64,000 bases of DNA, from the NCBI GenBank assembly GCA_021818995.1, contig JAKASP010000001.1:60868-124867 (forward strand), read 5' to 3'. The translations under genes were made by a program, and so were the position numbers. The notes beneath the pieces were generated by a model. The model searched no databases and was not told the origin of the DNA. It was given only the letters and a program-made list of their open reading frames with translations. Numbering within the stretch: position 1 is the stretch's first letter; the number at the start of each line of letters is the position of its first letter. The stretch comes from Candidatus Micrarchaeota archaeon (GTDB taxonomy: Archaea > Micrarchaeota > Micrarchaeia > Micrarchaeales > CABMGC01). This document shows, piece after piece, positions 1 to 9,318 of this stretch.

Positions 1-437
1 CGATGGCCGAGCCTGTGTGTCTCAAGCAGGCCCATCATCCTGAGCCTGTTCATCCTCGCGCACGCGGCGTTATTTCCTTTGTATCCCATGTACTTCCTAA
101 CATCTGCCGCGCAGGCCATTCCCTGCGGTTGCGTCTGGACAAAGTTGAGTATCTTTACGTCTACCTGCGAGAGCTCTACAGGCTCGTCGCGCTGTACCTC
201 GTAGGCCTCCTGCTGACCCTCTCCGAGGGCCATGTCGGCCACGCTCTCCTCGAGTATCTTCATGCGCTCGCTCAGCGAGCTGAGGATCATGTTCGTCTTC
301 TCGCGCTGCTCGCCCAGGTATCTGTACCAGCCCTCGGCGCTCAGGTTTGATGGTATTGCCGCGTTATTCCGCTGAAGGAGCTCGCTTACCTGCTTCTTTA
401 GCTCCTGAAGCTCAATCTCCATCTGCTTCTTGTCCAT
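1..437 (-). CDS. Coiled-coil plus C-terminal winged-helix protein, putative transcriptional regulator (runs off the window edge)
   Basis: Translated by hand, not in the ORF track: ATG at 437, MDKKQMEIELQELKKQVSELLQ...ELSQVDVKILNFVQTQPQGMACAADVRKYMGYKGNNAACARMNRLRMMGLLETHRLGH; wHTH-like pattern; GGAG-like SD upstream. Confidence 0.65.
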   Translation of the reverse strand, partial: MDKKQMEIELQELKKQVSELLQRNNAAIPSNLSAEGWYRYLGEQREKTNMILSSLSERMKILEESVADMALGEGQQEAYEVQRDEPVELSQVDVKILNFVQTQPQGMACAADVRKYMGYKGNNAACARMNRLRMMGLLETHRLGH

Positions 438-470
438 TACTCCACTCCACGCATGACTGTCTCCCGACCC

Positions 471-528
471 TTTCATGAGAGAATCATGAAACAATCATAT
501 GTGTGTAATTGTCAAGATATTTAAATAT
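471..528 (-). promoter_or_regulatory. TATA-like palindrome (ATATTTAAATAT, 517-528) and inverted repeat TTTCATGA-N5-TCATGAAA (471-491) upstream of the wHTH gene
   Basis: Seen directly; spacing fits an archaeal promoter with a downstream operator. Confidence 0.4.
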
Positions 529-632
529 TGCGCTTTAGCGGAATAGGATAATACTCGCGCTTCCACTAATTCCTCCGACTGCGACACGTCGGCATTGGAA
601 AGGGTAAAAAGGCTGTTCGGCTCTTTCTTAGC

Positions 633-1715
633 ATGGGAAAGCTCCTGATCGTGATTGCGCTTGCTGTACTGCTTGCGCTCGTTTTGTACCTTGCATATGC
701 TGGCCTATACCAGCGCCCCGAAGCGCTCCCGCAGACAACGAGCTCGTGGCTGTCGCAGCAGAACGAGAGCCTCGCAGGCACTCCGGCATATCCTACGCTG
801 AAGGCCGGAGAGCTCCTCGGGATAAGCTATGGCAACATAGCTTCTGCAAGCGAGAACAGGAGCGGTGCCGCAGCGGATCTGGGCATGCTATACGACGCGA
901 ACGTGACAGCAATCAGGATAGACCTCAACTACGGCCCCTGGATCGACGGCAACGCGACGCAGATCTCTACGTACGACGCCTTCGTGTACAATATCAGCGC
1001 TAACAACAAGACGCTCATAATAGCAGACGCGGCCGCCGAATACTACAGGCAGCACCAGCTCCCGTGGAGCCAGTTCAAGGCAGCGTGGGTGCAGCGCGTT
1101 GCTGAGATATCCGCAAGATACCATCCCGCATACTACATAGTGGTGAAGGAGCCGCCGTGGTACTTCCCGATGATAAGCGGGTCGCCGTTGTTAGTTCCGT
1201 TCAACGCTTCGGACTGGGCCAACCTTACCGCGCAGCTTGCGGCCGCTGTCAAGCGCGCTTCGCCGGACACGCAGGTGGGCGTCGCGGTCTCCGGCGACGT
1301 CTATCACCAGCAGCGCGGGCCCCTGGACCTGCAGTACCTGGAGCAGGTTGAGAAGATACAGAACGTCAGCTTCATCGGCTTCGACGTCTACGGGCCGACC
1401 GCCTGGAACGACACGCAGAGGTTCATTGACACGTACGGCGCCGGAGGGAAGCAGGTCTGGATTGCGGAGACATGGAGCAGCACCAGCACCCAGCTCTTCA
1501 ACCAGAGCAGGGAGGCGCTTGACTCGCAATGGATAAGCACAGTATATCTCTTCGCCGAAAGCCTGCATGCGCAGTACATAGTTCCCTTCTTCACCAACCT
1601 GTTCGCTTCGTACCGGCAGACTGCCAACGGCACCTACATCCCCGCCTCCTTTTACCAGAACCGCACTCCAGCCTTTTACGCTTATAAGAATATTACTCCG
1701 ATAAATAATCCGTAA
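633..1715 (+). CDS. Membrane-anchored or secreted glycoside hydrolase-like TIM-barrel protein
   Basis: N-terminal hydrophobic anchor; clan GH-A-like motifs (IVVKEP acid/base, IGFDVY, VWIAETW nucleophile); many N-x-S/T sequons. Confidence 0.6.
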   Translation: MGKLLIVIALAVLLALVLYLAYAGLYQRPEALPQTTSSWLSQQNESLAGTPAYPTLKAGELLGISYGNIASASENRSGAAADLGMLYDANVTAIRIDLNYGPWIDGNATQISTYDAFVYNISANNKTLIIADAAAEYYRQHQLPWSQFKAAWVQRVAEISARYHPAYYIVVKEPPWYFPMISGSPLLVPFNASDWANLTAQLAAAVKRASPDTQVGVAVSGDVYHQQRGPLDLQYLEQVEKIQNVSFIGFDVYGPTAWNDTQRFIDTYGAGGKQVWIAETWSSTSTQLFNQSREALDSQWISTVYLFAESLHAQYIVPFFTNLFASYRQTANGTYIPASFYQNRTPAFYAYKNITPINNP

Positions 1716-1729
1716 ACGCCGGTGCGCAA

Positions 1730-2236
1730 GTGCATCAACTTCTTATACCCACGAAGAGGGCAGAGCTGCTGAAGGGCAAGGGGCTCATAGATAGCGCGCA
1801 GAAGCGCCTCGGCTGCAGGCTCGAGATAAGGGACGAGAACGAGCTGGTCATTGACGGAGACGCGTTCAGCGAGTACAACGCGCGCGTCGTCATGCAGGCA
1901 TTCGCCCGCGGATTCGAGTTTGAGACCGCGTGCAAGCTGCTTAGCGACGACCGCTTCTTCGAGAGCATAGACATGAAGCAGCTTTTTAAGAACGAGGAGC
2001 AGATAAAGAGGATAAAGGCGAGGGTCATAGGAACCGATGGGAAGACCAAGAGCTATGTGCAGAGCGTGAGCGGCGCAGACATAGCGATATACGGCGACAC
2101 GGTCAGCATGATAGGCACTGTTGACGAGATAAGGATAGCGAAGGCGGCGCTGGAGATCCTGCTCGAAGGCGGGACCCACAAGAAGGCCTATGCGATAATG
2201 GAGAAGGCGAAGCGCAGGCTCAGAGAAGGGAGATGA
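1730..2236 (+). CDS. KH-domain rRNA-processing protein (Dim2/Pno1/Krr1 family)
   Basis: ARGF motif, RVIGTDGKTK (GxxG loop), GGTHKKAY C-terminus; adjacent to top6B as in many archaea. Confidence 0.9.
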   Translation: MHQLLIPTKRAELLKGKGLIDSAQKRLGCRLEIRDENELVIDGDAFSEYNARVVMQAFARGFEFETACKLLSDDRFFESIDMKQLFKNEEQIKRIKARVIGTDGKTKSYVQSVSGADIAIYGDTVSMIGTVDEIRIAKAALEILLEGGTHKKAYAIMEKAKRRLREGR

Positions 2237-2237
2237 G

Positions 2238-3845
2238 ATGGCTGAGGAGAAGACCAAGAGCGCGGACGAGATATTCAAGGAGTTCAAGGAGCACTCGATC
2301 ACCGAGTTCTTCAGGAAGAACAGCCAGATGCTCGGCTACGCTGGCAAGGTCAGGTCCCTGACCACGATAGTGCACGAGTACATAACAAACTCCCTTGACG
2401 CATGCGAGGAAGCGAACATACTCCCGGAGATAGAGATCAGGGTGAAGGAGCTGTCGGAGAACAAGTACAGCGTGTACGTGCGCGACAACGGGCCCGGCAT
2501 ACCATCGAAGCACGTAGGCAAGGCGCTCGCGAGTGTGCTGACAGGCACCAAGTTCCACAGGTACATGCAGCAGCGAGGCCAGCAGGGCATTGGCGCCGGC
2601 GGTTGCACCATCTTCGCGCTCATAACGACAGGCAAGGGCGTGCACGTCAAGTCGAGCACAGGCAAGGAGGCGTACACGTGCGACCTCAGCGTTGACATAA
2701 AAGGCAACAGGCCGCTTGTGAGCGGCCTGAACGCAATAAAGCCCGACTTCCGCGGGCTGATAGTCGAGGGCGAGTTCGGCGACGTTAAGTACGAGAAGAG
2801 CGAGCACGGAGTATACGAGTACGTGCGCCGAACTGCTCTCTCAAACCCGCACACCAGCATAAAGCTCATAGAGCCGGACGGCAACGAGGCCATATTCCCG
2901 AGATCCGTAAACACGATGCCGCGGAAGCCGAGGCAGATACTGCCGCACCCTCTTGGCATATCGGCCAGCGACCTCCTCGATTTCGCGCACGTGAGCGAGA
3001 GCAGGAAGGTTACCTCGTTCCTCGTAGACTCGTTCTCAAGGGTGACGCACGACAAGGTGAAGGAGCTGATGGACATAGCCAAGGACGTCGACTTCGAGAA
3101 GGCGCCGAAGCAGCTCACCTGGGAGGACGCAACTAAGATAGTGAACGCGTTCAGGCAGGTGAAGTGGATAGGCCCGGAGCTAGACGCGATGTCTACGATA
3201 GGCGAGAAGCAGATAGAGATAGCGATGAGGAACATACTAGACCCGAAGTTCACGAGCGTGGTGGAGCGCAGGCCGCAGGTCTTCAAGGGCGGCATACCGT
3301 TCGTGGTAGAGGTCGGGATAGCTTACGGGGGCAAGGCCGGCAGGGCCAGCGGCGAGGGCGTCGCGGGCAGCATACTCAGGTTCGCCAACAAGGTGCCGCT
3401 GCTCTTCGACACGGGCAGCTGCGCGATCACCGAAGCGGTCAACGGCATCGACTGGAAGCGCTACTCGATAGCAAGGTTCGAAGAGGAGCCTGTGAGCGTG
3501 TTGGTCAACGTCTCATCCGTGTACATTCCATACTCGGGGGTGGGCAAGCAGGCGGTAGCGCAGGAGGACGAGATAGTCGAGGAGATAAAGCTCGCGGTGC
3601 AGGATGCGGGCAGGAAGCTGCAGAGGTTCCTGAGCGGCGAGAGGCACAGGAACATACAGGAGAGCGGCTACAAGACGATAATGCGATATGTGAGCCAGCT
3701 CTCTTCGGACCTAGAGGAGATAACGGGCAGGAAGAAGGAGCAGACTGAGAAGGAGCTGAAGAACCTCATCGAGAAGAAGTACAAGGGACTCTTCAAGGGC
3801 GAAGAGGATTCTGCCGCAGAGGAAGAGGCTCAGAGCACAAGCTGA
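2238..3845 (+). CDS. top6B: DNA topoisomerase VI subunit B
   Basis: GHKL motifs EYITNSLDA, DNGPGI, RGQQGIG; RFANKVPLL transducer motif. Confidence 0.97.
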   Translation: MAEEKTKSADEIFKEFKEHSITEFFRKNSQMLGYAGKVRSLTTIVHEYITNSLDACEEANILPEIEIRVKELSENKYSVYVRDNGPGIPSKHVGKALASVLTGTKFHRYMQQRGQQGIGAGGCTIFALITTGKGVHVKSSTGKEAYTCDLSVDIKGNRPLVSGLNAIKPDFRGLIVEGEFGDVKYEKSEHGVYEYVRRTALSNPHTSIKLIEPDGNEAIFPRSVNTMPRKPRQILPHPLGISASDLLDFAHVSESRKVTSFLVDSFSRVTHDKVKELMDIAKDVDFEKAPKQLTWEDATKIVNAFRQVKWIGPELDAMSTIGEKQIEIAMRNILDPKFTSVVERRPQVFKGGIPFVVEVGIAYGGKAGRASGEGVAGSILRFANKVPLLFDTGSCAITEAVNGIDWKRYSIARFEEEPVSVLVNVSSVYIPYSGVGKQAVAQEDEIVEEIKLAVQDAGRKLQRFLSGERHRNIQESGYKTIMRYVSQLSSDLEEITGRKKEQTEKELKNLIEKKYKGLFKGEEDSAAEEEAQSTS

Positions 3846-6181
3846 TCCAGGTGCTCGCTGTCCGCGAGCTTGATGTAATTGTACTCTATGCCCAGCTTAA
3901 GCACCTCGGCCTCCTTGCCGAACGAGTCGTAGAGCTTGCTCAGGAACTCCCTCCTTGAGTCGTCGTCAATGAAGACTATCGCCGTCTTTGAATCGCGCGA
4001 GATCGTAAGCTTCTTCATTGGCGAGGAAGCGGAGTAGATGAAGACGCTCATCTGCTTGCCGTCCTTTGTTATGAGCAGGTCCGCGGTGTCGTTGGAATCG
4101 AGGTCCGTGAAGAGTATCGCGTGCGATACGCAGTAGTCGCGCAGCTTCCTGAAGATCACCAGGTACTCGATGCTGTGCTTCGAAGCCTCGACCCATGCCT
4201 TCGGGGCATAGTAGCCCGAGGCGCCGACGAGCTGGTCGCCGTGCGTCAGGGAGGAGATGACGCTCTCCGCGTTCTGCATCGTTATCGAGATTGGTATGCC
4301 GTTGGCGCGTATGTTGCTGCCTATGCCCTGCTTCAGCTCGTCTGCAGTCAGCGGCATGTACTTCCAGCGGTGGTAGTAGTTTACCTTGTCGAATACGCCG
4401 AGCACAGCGCTGCCCTGGATCTTGACCTTCTCCCTCTTCGAGGGCGGGAACTCCGGCACGTCTATGTAGTATTCGTCGCGGTTCGGCGGCTTGAGTATGA
4501 GGTTGAGTAGTATTATGACCAGGGCCGCTATCCCGAACTCTATGTATATCGGAGGTATGTTGATTATGTTCTGCTGGTACGCTGTAGCATAGACGTACTT
4601 TGTGTTCAGTATGTCGAAGTTGAAGTTCTCGGTGCCGTAGCTTATCAGCGTGCCCTGCGGCAGCGTGTACGAGAGCACGCCGTCGTTTATCTGGCCAGAT
4701 GACTGGTATAGGCCGTTTATGTCGACAGTGTACGTAGCGTTGTTTACCGGGAAGTCGTTGCTGTATATCGAGAAGACGAATGTGCCGTTCTTGAAACCTA
4801 GGGTCGTTGGGTTTATCGTGAGGTTTGCGACGTTGAAGAAGGCGGTGCCGTAGTAGTTGTTGTTGAAGTCCTTGAGCTCGAGCACGTAGTAGCCGCTCGG
4901 CACAGTGAAGGCGTGGTACTTGACTATTCCTTGGGGCCCGCTTATGAAGCCTATAGGTATAGAGCCGACGTAGCTCATGTTCCTGTCGTAGAGGTCGAGG
5001 TGCACGAGCAGGTTTGCGCTCACGTTTACCACCTGCATCTGCACTGGTATGTTCTGAGTTATCCCGACATTGGCCGGCACGCTGACGCTTCCCCTAGGTA
5101 CGTAGAAGTTCTGAGACACGAACTTCCTTATCGCCGAGTACTGCGCGTTCCTCGCTGCGATCGTCAGCACAGCGTAGCTGCCGTTGAGCAGCGTCGTGGC
5201 GTTCGTTCCGTTTATGTGCGGAAGGCCCGTGAGCGCCGCGAAGGCGCCTAGGTTGCCTGTGTTCTTGCTTGTGAGGTTCAGCGCGCTGCTGGCGCCGCCT
5301 ATCTTCGGAAGCCAGAACGACGCGTTTATGGCCCTGGCCAGGTCTCCGGCCATGCTTTCCGAAGAGGTCCAGGAGCTGGTTGGATAGTTGGAGAATGCGA
5401 TGAGTGTGCCGTTGCCCGAGTTCGCGTAGGTCACGTTGCCGAACCTCCGGCCGCCAGCGAAGATGAATGTGGGGTTCCTGAAGCTGAGGTTCGAGCCCTC
5501 GGCCAGCGCCGCGGTCGATGCGTTGAGCTGTATCGTTCCAAGGTTGCTGGCCGCAAGCAGGTTGAGGGTCCCCTGCGTGTTGACGAATATTATGCCGTTG
5601 GGCCCGATGGTCCTGTTGAGGTTCAGGCCCGAGTACAGGATCATGTCGCCCCTCTGCATGAGCGTGAGCAGCATCGGCTGCGTGCCGTTCAGAAGATAGA
5701 AGGGAAGCAGGCCCGAGGGCACTATGATTATCGAGTTGTCTGGCAGCGACTGCAGTGAAGATCCGTTTATGTACGAGAAGCTGCTGGAGTTCCTCACAAG
5801 GTCGTAGTTGAGGAGATCTGACTGGAGCGCGGAGCGCAGCGAGTCCTCGCTGAAGCACGACACGCAGTAGGCGCTAACGTTGAGCAGGTAGATGTGCGCG
5901 ACCGGGTTCTTCAAGTAGAGGTTCATAGTGACTGTAGCGTTGTTTGCGTTGGAAGCCGAATAGGAAAGAAGTGAGTAGATAAGCGGCGTCAGCGCCTCGT
6001 TGTAGTTGAAGACCTGCGTCTGCGTAGCCGAAGCTGTGAGCGAGATCGGGCCAGATGGCGTAGGCGTCGAGGGCTTGAGCTGCGAAAGCGAGGCTGCGGC
6101 GTTCCTCAGGTAAAGGGCCAGGCCGCCAAGAAGCAGCGCGAAGGCTAGGACCACTATCACTATCTTGAACGCCAATCGCAT
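3830..6181 (-). CDS. Large membrane protein with an extracellular beta-rich domain and a cytoplasmic C-terminal domain; last gene of the T4SS/Ced-like locus
   Basis: 783 aa; N-terminal TM, ~500 aa Asn/Ser/Thr-rich region, second TM (IYIEFGIAALVIILLNLIL), charged C-terminal domain. Confidence 0.7.
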   Translation of the reverse strand: MRLAFKIVIVVLAFALLLGGLALYLRNAAASLSQLKPSTPTPSGPISLTASATQTQVFNYNEALTPLIYSLLSYSASNANNATVTMNLYLKNPVAHIYLLNVSAYCVSCFSEDSLRSALQSDLLNYDLVRNSSSFSYINGSSLQSLPDNSIIIVPSGLLPFYLLNGTQPMLLTLMQRGDMILYSGLNLNRTIGPNGIIFVNTQGTLNLLAASNLGTIQLNASTAALAEGSNLSFRNPTFIFAGGRRFGNVTYANSGNGTLIAFSNYPTSSWTSSESMAGDLARAINASFWLPKIGGASSALNLTSKNTGNLGAFAALTGLPHINGTNATTLLNGSYAVLTIAARNAQYSAIRKFVSQNFYVPRGSVSVPANVGITQNIPVQMQVVNVSANLLVHLDLYDRNMSYVGSIPIGFISGPQGIVKYHAFTVPSGYYVLELKDFNNNYYGTAFFNVANLTINPTTLGFKNGTFVFSIYSNDFPVNNATYTVDINGLYQSSGQINDGVLSYTLPQGTLISYGTENFNFDILNTKYVYATAYQQNIINIPPIYIEFGIAALVIILLNLILKPPNRDEYYIDVPEFPPSKREKVKIQGSAVLGVFDKVNYYHRWKYMPLTADELKQGIGSNIRANGIPISITMQNAESVISSLTHGDQLVGASGYYAPKAWVEASKHSIEYLVIFRKLRDYCVSHAILFTDLDSNDTADLLITKDGKQMSVFIYSASSPMKKLTISRDSKTAIVFIDDDSRREFLSKLYDSFGKEAEVLKLGIEYNYIKLADSEHLDQLVL

Positions 6182-6193
6182 CTATGATCACTG

Positions 6194-6349
6194 CTACTCA
6201 AGAGCGCCGCTCTTCTTCTTCGAGAGCAGCCTGTCCATGAACCTTGCGGCCGCCTTGGATATTGGGTTCACGTTCTCGTTGACCTTCTTGAGTATGTTGT
6301 ACACCTTCACGTACTGGTACTTCCTGTTTATGCTTACCAAGTATCTCAT
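6194..6349 (-). CDS. Small basic hypothetical protein (51 aa)
   Basis: Translated by hand: MRYLVSINRKYQYVKVYNILKKVNENVNPISKAAARFMDRLLSKKKSGALE; fills the operon gap with host-like codons. Confidence 0.6.
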   Translation of the reverse strand: MRYLVSINRKYQYVKVYNILKKVNENVNPISKAAARFMDRLLSKKKSGALE

Positions 6350-6353
6350 GCGA

Positions 6354-7085
6354 TTAGCTCTTCAACTCTATGTAGCCCATGGAAACCATCTTGTCCAGTA
6401 TCTGCTCTATCCTCGGCTCCGGAACCTTGTACGTCTTCGAGAACTCTCCGACGTCTATGGAGCTGTTGTGCACCTCTATCCAATCCTGCACCATCGCCAT
6501 CAGGCTCTCGTCAGAGTAGGTCTGCAGCGACTTCAGCTGCTCGGTTATGGACTTGTTGTCTTCGCTTAGCTGGCTCGTCTGTATCGTGAGGTTCCTGTTC
6601 GATGTCTCAAGTTCCTTCATGAGCCGCCTAACCTCCACGTACTCGTTCAGCAGGGAGTCGTACTTGTTGAACAGTGTGCTGTAGCTCTGCGACATGCCGG
6701 TCACCAGGTTGTCTAGAACGGAGTCCACGTACTGGAAGAACTTCCCCTCGTCGACCTGGAAGCTGTCCTTTATCACAGATAGCACGGATGCAAGGTCCTT
6801 GATGACGATTGCCCTGCGCAGCCTGTCGCTGCTCCCCGGTATTATCGAATACGTGAGCTTGAGCGACCCGGGTTCGATCGCTATTATGTAGAAGAGGAAG
6901 GGCTTCTTGTGCACGTTCCTGCTCTCGACCCTCGCGACCTCGAGCGAGCCGCCGCTTAGCTGGAACGAGTAGAAGGGCATGCTCGAGAGCTTCTGCTTAA
7001 CGTCATCTATGCTTCCCACGAGCTTTCCCGGGAACTCGACCTGCTCAACTTTTGGTTCCGCCTCAGCGGCAGTTTCTTCTTGCAC
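6354..7085 (-). CDS. Coiled-coil protein with C-terminal winged-helix domain
   Basis: Heptad region LLNEYVEVRRLMKELETSNRNL; C-terminal IDVGEFSKTYKVPEPRIEQILDKMVSMGYIEL. Confidence 0.7.
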   Translation of the reverse strand: MQEETAAEAEPKVEQVEFPGKLVGSIDDVKQKLSSMPFYSFQLSGGSLEVARVESRNVHKKPFLFYIIAIEPGSLKLTYSIIPGSSDRLRRAIVIKDLASVLSVIKDSFQVDEGKFFQYVDSVLDNLVTGMSQSYSTLFNKYDSLLNEYVEVRRLMKELETSNRNLTIQTSQLSEDNKSITEQLKSLQTYSDESLMAMVQDWIEVHNSSIDVGEFSKTYKVPEPRIEQILDKMVSMGYIELKS

Positions 7086-7113
7086 CGATTCACGCCCCTA
7101 ACATCACAGACTA

Positions 7114-7470
7114 TTATTGACTATGTTGTTTTTTTATGCTTATCTTTGGCGTGTAGCTGAGGAAAGAGAAGGCGAGCAGCAGAAGTACAATCACTATTGA
7201 TATTGCTATGCTCGAAAGGCTCCTTGAAATCAGCAGGTTCAGGGCCGCGAAGATGACCCCGAAGGCAACGTATAGCCTCTCCCTGGACTCGAACTTCCTC
7301 CTGCTCTCCGCGTACTTCGGGTAGCACTCCTTGCACACCACGAGCCTGTTGTTCCTCTCGTTGTGCGTCACGTTTGCCTTGAACCACCTTATTGCCGCGA
7401 GCATGAAGTCGTTCTCCACGGCTATGCCCTCGCGCTGCTTCCCGCAGATTATGCAGTAGCTCTTCTGCAG
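7114..7470 (-). CDS. Zn-finger (CxxC...CxxC) protein with two C-terminal TM helices; probable CTG start
   Basis: Frame stays open upstream of the called GTG (7419): LQKSYCIICGKQREGIAV..., pairing with CKEC; GGTGA SD just before CTG at 7470. Confidence 0.65.
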   Translation of the reverse strand: MQKSYCIICGKQREGIAVENDFMLAAIRWFKANVTHNERNNRLVVCKECYPKYAESRRKFESRERLYVAFGVIFAALNLLISRSLSSIAISIVIVLLLLAFSFLSYTPKISIKKQHSQ

Positions 7471-7474
7471 CGCA

Positions 7475-7774
7475 TCACCCCTCCAGCGAGATGTCGACCA
7501 CGCGCCCGTAGGCGCTCTTGATCCTCTCCTCCTCCAGCATGTTGAAGATGCTCGTTATCGTTATGTCGTCTATGCCTATCCTCCTTAGCACATTGGAGAC
7601 GTCGTCCTCCTTTAGGCCTACCTTCTGCAGCATTCCCGCGAACGTGACAGCGTTCGCGTGCCTGTGAGCCCTGTTCAGCTCCGCTATGAGCTCGTCTATG
7701 TTGCGCTCGCTGATCCCGAGCGTCGTAAGCATGCGCTTGAGCTCTATTCTGCTTATCGTGAATGTTGCTCCCAT
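7475..7774 (-). CDS. Small helical protein resembling the C-terminal domain of the adjacent ATPase
   Basis: Aligns by eye with the last ~75 aa of 7782..9287. Confidence 0.7.
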   Translation of the reverse strand: MGATFTISRIELKRMLTTLGISERNIDELIAELNRAHRHANAVTFAGMLQKVGLKEDDVSNVLRRIGIDDITITSIFNMLEEERIKSAYGRVVDISLEG

Positions 7775-7781
7775 CCTTCCA

Positions 7782-9287
7782 CTACGTCACGTAGACGAAG
7801 ACCTTCGTTATTATAGCATCGGAGAGGCCGACGCTCCTGAGCAGCTCCACTATCGTCTCCTTGCTAACCTTCTCGTTCACCATCACCTGCACCAGGCTCC
7901 TTATGTCTATCAGCCTGTTCCTGGTGTCGAGCTCCTTGAAGATGCTGTTTATCGCCTCTGAGCTGAGCTCCGCCTGTATGAACTTCGAATTGAGATCTAT
8001 CTTCTCGAAGTAGTACTCCTTCTGCACGTTGCTGTCAGAGAGTTCCTGCTGGCTGAGTATCTCGGCTATCGTGACCGTGTACACGTCCAGCGGGATCTCG
8101 CCAACTATCCTCTCTATCAGGAACACGTCGGGGAACTGCACGCTGGTCTGGAACGACATGTCTATCGCTGCCTGCCCCACCCCGAACTTGCTTATCTCCT
8201 TGCGCATGAATCCGGAGAAGTTCAGCGAGCCCTGCAGGTAGTCGAGGAACTTCTCGAACTTTATCCTGAGCATGATCGTGGTGCCGACGTTCGAGAATAT
8301 GGCCTCGTTTATGTCCGTTGGGTTCTGCGACGCCACTATGAGCCCGAACTGGTACTTCCTTCCCTCCCTCACTATAGTCACAGCGTCGCTCCTGTCGTCG
8401 CTCGCGACCTTCCACGCCTCGTCGAGGACCACGAGAGCCTTGAGCCCCTTTGCTGCGCTCCATCCCTCGCTTCGCATCTTCTCCTTGAGCGTTTGGAGTA
8501 TGAAGAGTGCTGCGAGCGCCCTGAACTTCTCGTCCGGCAGGCTGGAGAGGTCGATTGCCACAAGCCCCGATGATGAGAGCTTGCCTAGGTCTATGGTGCT
8601 CTTCCTCGAGAAGTAGTCCTCGCCTTCGCGCGCGAACTGCCTCAGCCTGTAGACCGCGTTCTCGAGCTCTGCCGGGTACTCGTAGGTGCCCTCCTGCACC
8701 TTCTCCTCCAGCAGACCGATAACGTCCTTGAGCGTAGGGGGCTCCTTGCCCATCTCCGGTATCTCCGCGGACGCGAATCCGAAGTTGACGTAAGCCTGCT
8801 CTATCGCCTCTACGGTGAGCCTCTTCTGCTCCGGGTACTCGCTTATGTCGGTGAGTATCTCAAGAGAGTTCATTATCTGCTTGCTCCTGTCTATCGGCTT
8901 CATGCCCGAGAGGTCCATTATGTTGATGTAGTCCCCTTTGCCGAGCGCCACAACCGTGCCGCCGCTCTGCTTCACCCACGCCTTGTACTCTCCTGCCCAG
9001 TCGATTATTATCGCATTCGTATTCCAGATGTAGCTCGCCCTCGTCAGGAAGGTCTTCACGAAGAAGCTCTTTCCGGCTCCCGTGATTCCTACCACGGCCA
9101 CGTGCGGGTTTGTGAGGTTTGCGAACGTCCACGTGAACGGAACGCTGAACAGTTTCGTTATGCCTATGAAGATAGAAGACGTCGGGTCGTTGAGCAGGTA
9201 CTCCTGCGGAGGTTCTGGCGGCCTGCTGAAGACTGTTCGCTTTGCCAGCTCGTTGCTCATTATGTTCTGCACGCGGACAAGGCTCAT
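7782..9287 (-). CDS. VirB4/HerA/FtsK-superfamily ATPase (CedB/VirB4-like)
   Basis: NPHVAVVGITGAGKS Walker A, IIDWAGEY, VVLDEAW Walker B, REGRKY Arg-finger, ASQNPTD. Confidence 0.9.
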   Translation of the reverse strand: MSLVRVQNIMSNELAKRTVFSRPPEPPQEYLLNDPTSSIFIGITKLFSVPFTWTFANLTNPHVAVVGITGAGKSFFVKTFLTRASYIWNTNAIIIDWAGEYKAWVKQSGGTVVALGKGDYINIMDLSGMKPIDRSKQIMNSLEILTDISEYPEQKRLTVEAIEQAYVNFGFASAEIPEMGKEPPTLKDVIGLLEEKVQEGTYEYPAELENAVYRLRQFAREGEDYFSRKSTIDLGKLSSSGLVAIDLSSLPDEKFRALAALFILQTLKEKMRSEGWSAAKGLKALVVLDEAWKVASDDRSDAVTIVREGRKYQFGLIVASQNPTDINEAIFSNVGTTIMLRIKFEKFLDYLQGSLNFSGFMRKEISKFGVGQAAIDMSFQTSVQFPDVFLIERIVGEIPLDVYTVTIAEILSQQELSDSNVQKEYYFEKIDLNSKFIQAELSSEAINSIFKELDTRNRLIDIRSLVQVMVNEKVSKETIVELLRSVGLSDAIITKVFVYVT

Positions 9288-9318
9288 GCTTTAGGGTTTA
9301 CAAAGAAAGTATATATTC

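Noticed and set aside
7782-9287. HerA DNA-repair helicase
   Set aside because: No N-terminal HAS barrel and no nurA/mre11/rad50 neighbours; the context is membrane and pilin genes
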